Positions 40,201 to 47,515 of a stretch of 64,000 nucleotides of DNA are shown in pieces; positions within the stretch are counted from its first letter, which is position 1, and the number at the start of each line of letters is the position of its first letter. The stretch is taken from contig NIVC01001622.1 in the NCBI GenBank assembly GCA_002269645.1, positions 1 through 64,000 on the forward strand, in the 5' to 3' direction. This stretch comes from Macrostomum lignano (Eukaryota). The notes under the pieces are model-generated. The model saw only the letters and a program-made list of their open reading frames with translations, was not told the origin of the DNA and did no database searches. A program made the position numbers and the translations under genes.

Positions 40201-43200
40201 CTATAAGAGAGGCTCAGCCCTCCTATCGAAAGCAAGCAATAACAATCTTTGTGCTGAAAAAATGAAAACTTCCTATCTCCTTAGTGTATTTTTCTGCGAA
40301 AAGTGGCCTTCAAAACATTTTCCATAGATTTCGAGTTTTGCGTCCTTTATAAACGTTGCTTTAGTTGTCCTTGGTTTGATTGCGTGGGCGGCCACATTCA
40401 TTTATGTGTCCTGTGCACAATGCATTGCAACTCATTTCTATATCTACATGCTTGTACTCTTAATCAACTCATCCCCGCAGAAGATAAAGCTAAATAAGTC
40501 CGATGGGCATCTGATTGCTCTGGCAACCGCGGCCGGAGTGTACAAAGCTCGGCATATTGAAAGCGACTGTAGTAATCAAAATCTGGCTAATGCTGTGGAA
40601 CTCATGGCTGAGCACATGTCAAAAAGAGCCAAGGTAACTGGGGGCATATTTGTACTGCTGTCTGTATTAGCTGGAGTGTCCTCCAAGGCACTGAGACCCT
40701 GTGTGAGCAGTCTAGAGTATAGACATGACATGACATGTCTCCAATAATATAATTAAGATAGATGTGCAACCACAGCTCAGCCGCAGCAATTGCGCGGCGC
40801 TTCTGTAGGCTGCGTACGGCTGTTCAGTCCTAAGATTCGGGGGTCGCCACACACCCTCGATTACCCCAGCTAATGCTGGCACCCATTTTATAACCATACC
40901 CGTTATTTAATAAAGTCATGGGTAAACGGCAAGAGCAATTCGAAACCATGCCTGGTCAGCTAATTAGTAATCCTCGACTCAACTCCAGGAGATTTATGAG
41001 CAGCGCCTGCAGCCCATACTGGATGCCAGCTGGAACGGTGCCCACTCTCTAGCCTGCCTGGCACTTCACATGGCCTATACTCTGGCTATTAAATGCGATA
41101 CTGAAGACATATTAGTAAAACTATTTGTTGCCATGGCAACCGACGACGTGTCGGCCTACTATTTGCCCTGCATGCCGCACGATCAGCTGCACGAGCTCTA
41201 CAGAGCTGTTCGCAAGCAGAAGGGTGTGGAAGGCGATAACCCTACTGTCTACTGTGAGTAATAGCTTGTGCTTTTAGTTTTTTTCTTTTAAAACCATGCA
41301 GTATGAAATCAAAACTTCTTATACTATAAGTTATAGTCTTTTTTGTATTTCGATATATTAATTTCAAATTTCAGTTTGCCCAAACGGTCATCCATACTAT
41401 ATTGGAAATGTAAGTTTTTTCTGTTATTCTATGTTGAATTAACTTCATGTTAGCTTTAACATCTCAACAAGTCAGCAAGTCAACATCTCAGCAACTCCCA
41501 ACAAGTCACACTGCTGACAGTCACACTGCTGACGGTCACACTGCTGACAGTCACACTACTGACAGTCACACTGCTGACAGTCACACTGCTGACAGTCAAA
41601 CTGCTGACAATCAAACTACTGACAGTCACACTGTTGACAGTCAAACTACTGACAGTCACACTGCTGACAGTCACACTGCTGACAATCACGCTGCTGACAA
41701 TCAAACTACTGACAGTCACGCTGCTGCCAGTCAGATTGCAAAAAGCATTTCTCAGCTGGCTAAGCCGCACGGCCCCCACCCCATAACCCGCAGTGCGGCC
41801 GCCCCATGGAGCTGGCCACCTGCCCGGACTGTTCCGCCCCCATTGGCGGCTCGCAGCACAACTCGGCCGCTGGCAACAACCCGCTGCTAGCCCGCGACGA
41901 TCAGAGCCCACGCGGCTTTGTGGACCTCAACAGCACTGGCCAAGCGCAGTCAGTCCGCAACCTTACTCCCGTGGCAGTCGCACTGACCCGCATGCTGTTG
42001 TCTCTGGCCTCCCTAGCTGGCCGACCGGAGGCCGCCAACGCCGACTCAATGCGGCAGCACTTTCAACGCGACTCGGCCAGATTCTGTCAGGCTAGCGGGC
42101 ACAGCAGCGAGGATGCCTGTCTGGCTATTCATCTGGCTCTCGGTGCGCTAGCCGAAGCTCATAGTCGGCCTGGTCAACTGCAGCTGGCTACTCAGGATCA
42201 GCGCCGCGAGACTGAGAATCTACTGCGAGATCGGATTCTAGCTGCTGTCATTGAGAAACTGGCGGAACGGCTGCAGACTGCTAATAGGCAACTGGCCGAT
42301 GTACAGGTCAGTTTTGCACCCTGAGAGACTGAAATAGTATAATAACGATATAGTATTTAAACAAAATAATATCTTATGCTGGTCGTCAGTCCTTCAGTCC
42401 CGGTCCTTCTTTTCCAGTCCATCAGTCCCGACCCTTCATTTCCAGTCCAGTCCCAGTCCATCAGTCCCGGTCCTTCATTCCCAGTCCATCAGTCCCGGTC
42501 CTTCATTCCCAGTCCATCAGTCCCGGTCCTTCATTCCCAGTCCATCAGTCCCGGTCCTTCATTCCCAGTCCATCAGTCCCGGTCCTTCATTCCCAGTCCA
42601 TCAGTCCCGGTCCTTCAGTCCCAGTCCATCAGTCCCGGTCCTTCATTCCCAGTCCATCAGTCCCGGTCCTTCATTCCCAGTCCATCAGTCCCGGTCCTTC
42701 ATTCCCAGTCCATCAGTCCCAGTCCATTAGTCCCGGTCCTTCAGTCCCAGTCCATCAGTCCCAGTGTGACTCAGTCCCACTCCATCAGTCCCGGTCCTTC
42801 AGTCCTGACACTTCAGTCCCGATCCTTCAGTCCTGACACTTCAGTCCCGATCCTTCAGTCCATCAGTCCCGGTCCTTCATTCCCAGTCCATCAGTCCCGG
42901 TCCTTCATTCCCAGTCCATCAGTCCCGGTCCTTCATTCCCAGTCCATCAGTCCCAGTCCATTAGTCCCGGTCCTTCAGTCCCAGTCCATTAGTCCCGGTC
43001 CTTCAGTCCCACTCCATCAGTCCCGGTCCTTCAGTCCTGACACTTCAGTCCCGATCCTTCAGTCCTGACACTTCAGTCCCGATCCTTCAGTCCATCAGTC
43101 CCGGTCCTTCATTCCCAGTCCATCAGTCCCGGTCCTTCATTCCCAGTCCATCAGTCCCAGTCCTTCATTCCCAGTCCATCAGTCCCGGTCCTTCATTCCC

Positions 43201-46116
43201 AGTCCATCAGTCCCGGTCCTTCAGTCCCAGTCCATCAGTCCCGGTCCTTCAGTCCCAGTCCATCAGTCCCGGTCCTTCATTCCCAGTCCATCAGTCCCGG
43301 TCCTTCATTCCCAGTCCATCAGTCCCGGTCCTTCAGTCCCAGTCCATCAGTCCCGGTCCTTCATTCCCAGTCCATCAGTCCCGGTCCTTCAGTCCCAGTC
43401 CATCAGTCCCGGTCCTTCATTCCCAGTCCATCAGTCCCGGTCCTTCATTCCCAGTCCATCAGTCCCGGTCCTTCATTCCCAGTCCATCAGTCCCGGTCCT
43501 TCATTCCCAGTCCATCAGTCCCGGTCCTTCAGTCCCGGTCCTTCAGTCCCAGTCCATCAGTCCCGGTCCTTCATTCCCAGTCCATCAGTCCCGGTCCTTC
43601 ATTCCCAGTCCATCAGTCCCAGTCCATTAGTCCCGGTCCTTCAGTCCCACTCCATCAGTCCCGGTCCTTCAGTCCTGACACTTCAGTCCCGATCCTTCAT
43701 TCTCAATCCTTCAGTCCTAAATTGTTTAGTCTCCAACCCTTCAGTCCCAATCCTTCAGTCCCGATTCCAGTCCTTCAGTCCCAATTCTTCCATCTCCAAC
43801 CCTTCAGTCCACAGTCCTTCAGTCCCAATTCTTCCATCTCCAACCCTTTAGTTCCCAATCCTTCAGTCCCAGTCCTGCGGTCCCAGTCCTTAACTTTTCG
43901 ACCCGTTTCGGCACTATAAATGGCCATCTCAATACTCTTTAATTTAGTTCTACATATATAATGCCGCCAACGCATTGAGACGTGATCGAACTAGCTAAAA
44001 ACGCACAAACAGAGATATACAGGTGATTAGTGCTGCTGACAGGGATGACGACAGTTGGATCAGTTACGCTGTTTTTGATACGTCTTCTTATAATAATGAA
44101 TCGACGCCGTCAGAAACTTTCATCACCTGCCCGATGATGGCATTTCAACTTTTACTTTTCAACATCCCTGCGCTTCTGAATTCCAATAATTATAATTTCA
44201 ATTCTCTCAGGTGAGCAACACCAGCTCGCTAGTGAGTCTGGTACACGAGACTAGCCGAGTAGACAGTGAGCAGCCTGAGCAGGCGGCTGTCTGGCGCTAC
44301 CGTCAGGTTGTCACCGTTGAACACGCGGCCCAGCGATTGCGCGAGCTCAGCGGCGCTGCCACGGACGAGTTCGCGTTGGTGCGCGAGTTCTTCGACTTGG
44401 AGCCGGTGCTGCGGCACATCCGCTCGCTGCCGATTCTGGCTTGGCTGGCTGCGGATCTTGTCGCCGTGCATAGCGGCAATTTGAGCTTCGCTGAGGCCGA
44501 GTCAACCTCAGCCACCATCGACAGTCTGCGAACCAGGCGCAACGGGCGTTGGACAGAGGCGGTGAAAGTGTTCCAGGTAGTTTGGAACGACCTGCGCGAT
44601 CGGTTGAGCTACGCCAAGTACAAAGACTCGGGCAGATTGGCGCTTGATAAAGCTGGAGTTGAATGCACCGGCTCTTGGCCTGTTGCAGCCCTACTGCCTA
44701 GCAGGTGCGCTGTTTGTTTCATTAATTGCTTAATGAATTCCTTCGGCGACATTCCGCTATTAGTTTTAGAAGGCAGGGGCCATGTGCACCCTGGCGCACT
44801 CTGAGCGCCACATTGTCACACAACCGGCGAGAGGCATTGCTGTCCATTCCGTCGACTCCCCTGAGCAGGCACACACTCACACAGGAGTGTACAGCGGCCC
44901 TGACTTTATTTATCGTTAGGCATGTACACTTCACTGCACCTTGGGGGTTGGCCTTCAAGGCTGTGAATCGCACGACAGCTCCTTGGGCCAATTTCCGTGA
45001 ACAAGCACGGACTCGAATTGGATGTTTAGTTAACACTTGTCATACCTGCAGCACTGATGTTGATCAACTGGTTTTGAATAAAATATTTTCCTTGACCTTT
45101 CCAGGCGCCAGTGGGGCCGCTGTATAGTGGCGCTGATGCAGCTCCTGGCTGACACACAGAACCGCCTGCTAGAGCTGGCCAACTTGGGCCCGGAGATTGC
45201 CGAACCCGTAGATCTCGGCGCTGTTGGCGAGGGCGAAGGCGAGAGCGGCTTGACACAGTCGGCTGTGATCACTTACGACTCTGAACGCGACCTGCTGCCG
45301 CTGTTGCTAGGCAATGCCGCCTATTCGCTGCGGGTAGGCGAAGGCGGCCGGCTTGAATACAATTTCACCGGCCTGCAGACCCAGCTAGCCGATCGGTGCC
45401 TTCGCGGGCGTCGCCGAATTGTTGGCCATCCCAGACTGATCATCTACAAGGAGGAGTTCAACGTCAAGGAGCTGCTTGATAGGCTCCGGCGCTGCGTGCC
45501 CGGCCAGTCGGAGCGGCTGGACCTCGGCCTTGAGCAGGACCTGTTGAACGGCCTCGGCTCCGACCTGGCCACAGTTACCGGCCTAGTTGAGGACACTCTG
45601 CTCACCGTTATCAAGTTCCTCTGCGTCATGCAGCCGGAGTCTCCCGCCAGCCTAGAGCTCAGCCGCTTCTCTGCCGAGGTGCTTCGCATGCCGTCGACTT
45701 CGTCAGCTGATTTCGGCGCTGCTAACGGCTTGCCGGATTGCCTACGCGCCGCTCGCGTCACCGACGCCCGGGCCCTCTGGCTGCGTCTGGACCGGCTGCG
45801 CTGGCAGCTTCTGCTCAATGCCGGCATGCTTGAGCACTGCCTGCCCGATGCCTGTCGGGGCGAGCGTCAGCTGCCGATTGCGTCACCGGATTCGCCCCTG
45901 CCCAGCGGCATGTCGGGCAGGCGGGATCTGCTTAGCGAGCGCCTTCACCAGCTGCTGGCGCTGGACCTGCGCAGCGAGACCGCCCTGTCCGACTATCCGT
46001 TGTGCGAACTCGGCGACATCTCGGACGAGTACGTGGGCGTGTTTGACCGCTTCGACAAGCGACTGCTGTGCCGACACGCTGGCCTGCTGTGGGTCTGGCT
46101 TAACCGCAACGATTAA
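914..46116 (+). CDS. RNF213: RNF213/mysterin-like giant AAA+ ATPase and E3 ubiquitin ligase, 36 traceable exons, 5' end probably outside window, with apparent frameshifts
   Basis: Spliced exons join in frame at GT-AG boundaries and give RNF213 motifs in the expected order: LKTFFDLAMI, GSVEKS, EEVLLCSEDT, SGMGKS, MSKDFAT, DPDPSYELTLDNVKKMLAI..MGETGCGKT, FFDEVNTT, FVSLREVE, VVGKPGSSKSLA, ILDEIGLAEDSPSMPLKTLHPLLEDG, SNWALDPAKMNRG, EFFGLRDF, IFGSSFPRDQ, LYESLYDVLNQYY, EAGTF, RING, RZ finger CPNGH..CGRPM..CPDC..IGG..H, and C-terminal YDSERDLLPLLL. Exons: 914-1260, 2891-3000, 3104-3220, 3278-3552, 3657-3962, 5498-6254, 7413-7707, 8482-8810, 9685-9943, 10295-10561, 10947-11786, 12808-13643, 16131-16494, 17058-17402, 18285-18683, 21532-21848, 22857-23183, 24182-24515, 25466-25861, 27028-27707, 27894-28520, 29336-29483, 29578-30349, 33149-33421, 35289-35392, 35541-35873, 37258-37491, 38487-38745, 39402-39647, 40481-40633, 40989-41253, 41375-41409, 41794-42306, 44023-~44070, 44211-44704, 45105-46116. 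Confidence 0.95.
1340..2715. repeat. 13-bp minisatellite (TTGGTGTCGCTAG)n
   Basis: Direct tandem array. Confidence 0.97.
2891..3000 (+). CDS. RNF213: RNF213-like exon (LYNSIFVELKHF...)
   Basis: TTTTCAG acceptor, GTAAGT donor, one open frame. Phase mismatch with the next exon. Confidence 0.6.
3104..3220 (+). CDS. RNF213: RNF213-like exon (NNIVALFEDQ...SFSE)
   Basis: TTTAG acceptor, GTAGGG donor, open frame. Confidence 0.6.
3278..3552 (+). CDS. RNF213: RNF213-like exon with two apparent -1 frameshifts
   Basis: TTTCCAG acceptor. Coding-like peptide moves TIFTKAL to GLINFVGNMLTG to MALEWPLSSFLL. The GTGAGT donor at 3553 is in phase with the next exon. Confidence 0.55.
3657..3962 (+). CDS. RNF213: RNF213-like exon (stalk region)
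   Basis: Part of ORF 3599-4102; phase-1 junctions on both sides; GTAAGT donor. Confidence 0.8.
4103..5150. repeat. 14-bp minisatellite (GAACCTCTGAGGGG)n
   Basis: Direct tandem array. Confidence 0.96.
5498..6254 (+). CDS. RNF213: RNF213-like exon (stalk region)
   Basis: ORF 5497-6258; in-phase junctions; ends CREIVYWIR before GTAAGT. Confidence 0.9.
6340..6960. repeat. 31-bp minisatellite (GTCCCGAGATCCCGTCTGAACTTGTCCCGTT)n
   Basis: Direct tandem array, degenerate at the 3' end. Confidence 0.96.
7413..7707 (+). CDS. RNF213: RNF213-like exon (LKTFFDLAMIYVGD...)
   Basis: Resembles the RNF213 LKVFVDLASISAGE motif; in-phase junctions. Confidence 0.9.
7746..7897 (-). mobile_element. 5'-truncated CORE-like SINE copy
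   Basis: Reverse complement of the SINE core and tail. Confidence 0.8.
7925..8235 (+). mobile_element. dispersed ~300-bp repeat (MITE-like), copy 1
   Basis: Reverse complement of about 38905-39225. Confidence 0.8.
8482..8810 (+). CDS. RNF213: RNF213-like exon (GSVEKST...LQSKLMLIAG)
   Basis: RNF213-type GSVE and KLML motifs; in-phase junctions. Confidence 0.9.
9685..9943 (+). CDS. RNF213: RNF213-like exon (EWKALIDAARRKHHVLNYF)
   Basis: ORF 9650-9991; TGCAG acceptor, GTAAGA donor. Confidence 0.88.
10020..10212 (-). mobile_element. CORE-like SINE copy, A-box region deleted
   Basis: Reverse complement of the SINE core plus B-box (GAGTCGAACC on +). Confidence 0.8.
10295..10561 (+). CDS. RNF213: RNF213-like exon
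   Basis: ORF 10295-10582; strong acceptor; GTAAGC donor. Confidence 0.85.
10725..10875. repeat. 28-bp minisatellite (ACTGAGGATCTGGGAGGCTGGCCCAGCA), ~5 copies
   Basis: Direct tandem array. Confidence 0.93.
10947..11786 (+). CDS. RNF213: RNF213-like exon, AAA1 region
   Basis: LPRLEEVLLCSEDTRPEELLVFLQRCL and LYVIMHADRLTYE. Acceptor could be at 10946 or 10952. Confidence 0.92.
11941..12225. mobile_element. element related to the mini-MITE, with internal TGACGGTCACA repeats
   Basis: Starts ACCCGTATAAAAGT; degenerate GACGGTCACA motifs. Confidence 0.5.
12495..12770. repeat. 17-bp minisatellite (TTGACCCAGTGAACCAT)n
   Basis: Direct tandem array. Confidence 0.96.
12808..13643 (+). CDS. RNF213: RNF213-like exon, P-loop SGMGKS (probably AAA2)
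   Basis: VVLVHSDRSGMGKSL, FHLDL, WQELINFAKFFNKQ, MSKDFATR. Confidence 0.95.
13670..13790. repeat. short dispersed repeat family; relatives at ~5260-5450, ~10640-10700, ~44860-44940
   Basis: Shared CTCACACAGRGTGTACAGC core in both orientations. Confidence 0.6.
13872..16012. repeat. 23-bp minisatellite (GGGCTCGCCCATTTTGTACACTC)n
   Basis: Direct tandem array. Confidence 0.98.
16131..16494 (+). CDS. RNF213: RNF213-like exon
   Basis: SLNISDES, KRRWEHEVHPYVLFNHDRMSFTFFGF. Confidence 0.93.
16610..16800. repeat. 16-bp minisatellite (CAAGCTCGATTCTTCA)n, inverted relative of the 1-516 array
   Basis: Direct tandem array. Confidence 0.9.
17058..17402 (+). CDS. RNF213: RNF213-like exon, AAA3 Walker A and Walker B
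   Basis: MGETGCGKTRLV, VHGG, VLFFDE. Confidence 0.97.
17690..18215. repeat. dispersed repeat family with ~4 tandem ~78-bp CCAAT-rich units; relatives at 7190-7320 and 26195-26445
   Basis: Shared CTCTCATTGGCTGAGCTAGATTGGGCC and GAGGAAGGAAAGGAAATTTTAGCTGCCAC blocks. Confidence 0.75.
18285..18683 (+). CDS. RNF213: RNF213-like exon, AAA3 continuation
   Basis: VNTTSAVGLIKEIMCD, AACNPYR, LVYRVKPLP, VLWDFG. Confidence 0.96.
18837..21290. repeat. 15-bp minisatellite (AGTGAGTGGGATTCC / ACTGAGTGGGATTTC)n
   Basis: Direct tandem array with an 89-bp higher-order period. Confidence 0.98.
21532..21848 (+). CDS. RNF213: RNF213-like exon
   Basis: FMRRINDETKFVSLREVEK, ICYYSRL. Confidence 0.93.
22024..22780. 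repeat. 54-bp minisatellite (GGCCATAGACAGAAGCCC...), ~14 copies
   Basis: Direct tandem array. Confidence 0.97.
22857..23183 (+). CDS. RNF213: RNF213-like exon, AAA4 Walker A
   Basis: ALRENLFMM, PLFVVGKPGSSKSLAK, SFQCSP. Confidence 0.97.
23265..24035. repeat. ~32-bp degenerate minisatellite (TAGCGCCAATCTAGCGCCATAGAATAGGTTT)n
   Basis: Direct tandem array. Confidence 0.93.
24182..24515 (+). CDS. RNF213: RNF213-like exon, AAA4 Walker B and arginine finger
   Basis: VIILDEIGLAEDSP, ISNWALDPAKMNRG. Confidence 0.97.
24655..25258. mobile_element. foldback MITE-like element with long (~230 bp) inverted arms
   Basis: CAAGGACTACT...TCCTTG termini; left and right arms are reverse complements. Confidence 0.82.
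25466..25861 (+). CDS. RNF213: RNF213-like exon, AAA4/AAA5
   Basis: EFFGLRDFFSLVK, LLRNFSG, RYLLFITEN, IFGSSFPRDQ. Confidence 0.95.
26522..26991. mobile_element. foldback MITE copy with most of the left arm deleted
   Basis: CAGGGACTACTCAAGTAG start; right arm and core match the other copies. Confidence 0.75.
27028..27707 (+). CDS. RNF213: RNF213-like exon, AAA5, -1 frameshift at ~27288
   Basis: INRIKICMERG, LYESLYDVLNQYY, VDLGLGTHR. FPIPL resumes as INRMEKH in the -1 frame. Confidence 0.93.
27894..28520 (+). CDS. RNF213: RNF213-like exon, AAA6 region, -1 frameshift at ~28043
   Basis: VTTFDRLL, FDTEIQF; then VPEPTWLILQF...SCAKYLV in the -1 frame. Confidence 0.88.
28530..29226. repeat. (CTGA)n microsatellite, ~175 units
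   Basis: Near-perfect tetranucleotide array. Confidence 0.99.
29336..29483 (+). CDS. RNF213: RNF213-like exon (DWLSFEAA...EAGTF)
   Basis: Translated by hand; RNF213 EAGTF motif; in-phase junctions. Confidence 0.88.
29578..30349 (+). CDS. RNF213: RNF213-like exon, E3 module start
   Basis: PALACFVAFVDKEDNLD, AFPFAWCF; GTAAGT donor. Confidence 0.9.
30385..33070. repeat. 23/24-bp minisatellite (ATGCCTCACTAGAATCGCCCCTCA)n
   Basis: Direct tandem array; a 69-bp trimer at the 5' end. Confidence 0.97.
33149..33421 (+). CDS. RNF213: RNF213-like exon
   Basis: ILFESFYQQ...RWMAQV...WDRVQCVTFFLRHV; in-phase junctions. Confidence 0.85.
33540..35200. repeat. 30-bp minisatellite (AACTAAGGCTGCATTATCGAGAGGGTCATA)n with 37-bp variants
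   Basis: Direct tandem array. Confidence 0.97.
33589..33679. mobile_element. 91-bp mini-MITE inserted in a minisatellite
   Basis: 14-bp perfect TIR ACCCGTATAAAAGT / ACTTTTATACGGGT; related start at 11941. Confidence 0.7.
35289..35392 (+). CDS. RNF213: RNF213-like exon preceding the RING
   Basis: LLEREKIAFQEAECIKSLERILENANESVRAKVMR; TGTAG acceptor, GTAAGT donor. Confidence 0.82.
35541..35873 (+). CDS. RNF213: RNF213-like RING-finger exon
   Basis: CQLC..SCGDHLCGRC..CPRC, then RNRCNAFLMDVVSRLCF. The donor (GTGGAA) was inferred from phase. Confidence 0.9.
35960..37070. repeat. ~31-bp minisatellite (GCATCTCAGCAACTCCCCATTGAGCCAATTG)n
   Basis: Direct tandem array. Confidence 0.97.
37258..37491 (+). 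CDS. RNF213: RNF213-like exon
   Basis: VVFRSYVLQLLLSY, HCFEDA. Confidence 0.88.
37500..38370. repeat. compound ~21-bp minisatellite (GGGGCGCCGTTTCATTTGAGT grading to GACACAATCTCATTTGAGT)
   Basis: Two abutting arrays sharing TCATTTGAGT. Confidence 0.93.
38487..38745 (+). CDS. RNF213: RNF213-like exon
   Basis: ORF 38488-38805; in-phase junctions. Confidence 0.8.
38905..39265 (-). mobile_element. dispersed ~350-bp MITE-like repeat, copy 2, TIR core TTCAGTTCAGTAG
   Basis: Inverted match to 7925-8235, plus short TIRs. Confidence 0.78.
39402..39647 (+). CDS. RNF213: RNF213-like exon
   Basis: WPRIYLLRCLCRRLG, AYRKLRDAF. Confidence 0.88.
39713..40373. mobile_element. foldback MITE, full copy
   Basis: Same termini and arms as 24655-25258. 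Confidence 0.82.
40481..40633 (+). CDS. RNF213: RNF213-like exon
   Basis: CCGCAG acceptor, GTAACT donor, phase 0 at both ends. Confidence 0.75.
40762..40888 (-). mobile_element. SINE 3' tail fragment
   Basis: Reverse complement of about 59690-59828. Confidence 0.8.
40989..41253 (+). CDS. RNF213: RNF213-like exon leading into the RZ finger
   Basis: YYLPCMPHD (compare RNF213 AFLPTMPED), ends TVY. Confidence 0.88.
41375..41409 (+). CDS. RNF213: 35-nt micro-exon encoding the RZ-finger N-half (FCPNGHPYYIGN)
   Basis: TTTCAG acceptor, GTAAGT donor, restores CPNGH in phase on both sides. Absent from the ORF track. Confidence 0.92.
41505..41730. repeat. 15-bp minisatellite (ACTGCTGACAGTCAC)n
   Basis: Direct tandem array. 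Confidence 0.95.
41794..42306 (+). CDS. RNF213: RNF213-like exon, RZ-finger C-half and E3 core
   Basis: CGRPMELATCPDCSAPIGGSQH, RNLTPVAVALTRMLL. Confidence 0.94.
42385..43880. repeat. 28-bp minisatellite (CAGTCCCGGTCCTTCATTCCCAGTCCAT)n
   Basis: Direct tandem array. Confidence 0.97.
44023..44070 (+). CDS. RNF213: possible short RNF213-like exon, 3' boundary uncertain
   Basis: ATACAG acceptor, VISAADRDDDSWISYA. Only a weak in-phase donor was found. Confidence 0.45.
44211..44704 (+). CDS. RNF213: RNF213-like exon
   Basis: VWRYRQVVTVEH, LRHIRSLPIL, AALLPSR. Confidence 0.92.
45105..46116 (+). CDS. RNF213: RNF213-like terminal exon (C-terminal domain), TAA stop
   Basis: CIVALMQLL..QNRLL, TYDSERDLLPLLLGNAAYSL; AATAAA at 46171 and 46299. 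Confidence 0.94.
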
Positions 46117-46121
46117 TTAGT

Positions 46122-46284
46122 AGCTAGACTTTCAGTTCAGTAGTAGGTAAGAATATGTAAGCTAATTTTTAATAAAAAGTGAAGCAGCATTAAGGAGTGA
46201 CTTACCTGATTGCTAATTAGTGCAGTTGGTAGTGTGCATTAATTAGGGTTGACATTGTAACTTGCTACTGAACTGAATGTAGCT
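46122..46284. mobile_element. ~165-bp MITE-like element starting 6 bp after the RNF213-like stop codon
   Basis: Inverted arms with a perfect 13-bp core (TTCAGTTCAGTAG / CTACTGAACTGAA), the same TIR core as 38905-39265. Confidence 0.6.
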
Positions 46285-46842
46285 TACAACAGTGTGACAA
46301 TAAAAGTACATTGTGCTCTACTATTTCTGTGTTATTTATTCAGTACGAGTCTAAAATTCACCTTTTCTTGTTGAGGTTTTCTATACTGCCTATAGTGTTT
46401 ACCCGGTTTTAAACAAATTTCTATTATTGTTTTTTATCCCAGATATTGCCTGGCAATAGGTTGCTAAAAATGACCACATTTTATTTCATCTGTCAAAATT
46501 TCGGCGTTACATAAGAGTACACTGATTTTTCTGCACTATATAGCCCTGTTAAATTCTCATAGCTGATCGTCCGTCAGTCCCACAGTTTTTTCCGCAAATT
46601 TCACAAATTGATCTAACTACAGTCTACGGTAGCAGAAAACACTTATTAGTTTTGTCAAAGACTGTTTCGAGTTTCTACACAAAATCAATATATAAAAAGG
46701 ATTGTTAGACCGCCCCTTGTTTTATTCCGAATTCGAGTTCTGTTTTTTTCATTTCCATTTTTGTGTCTTTGCTGCTTCGTTGTTGCTTCTTTTACAAGCT
46801 TTGAGGGATAAAAACTTGTGGGCTTGAAATATTGTTGGATGT

Positions 46843-47515
<673 letters not shown>

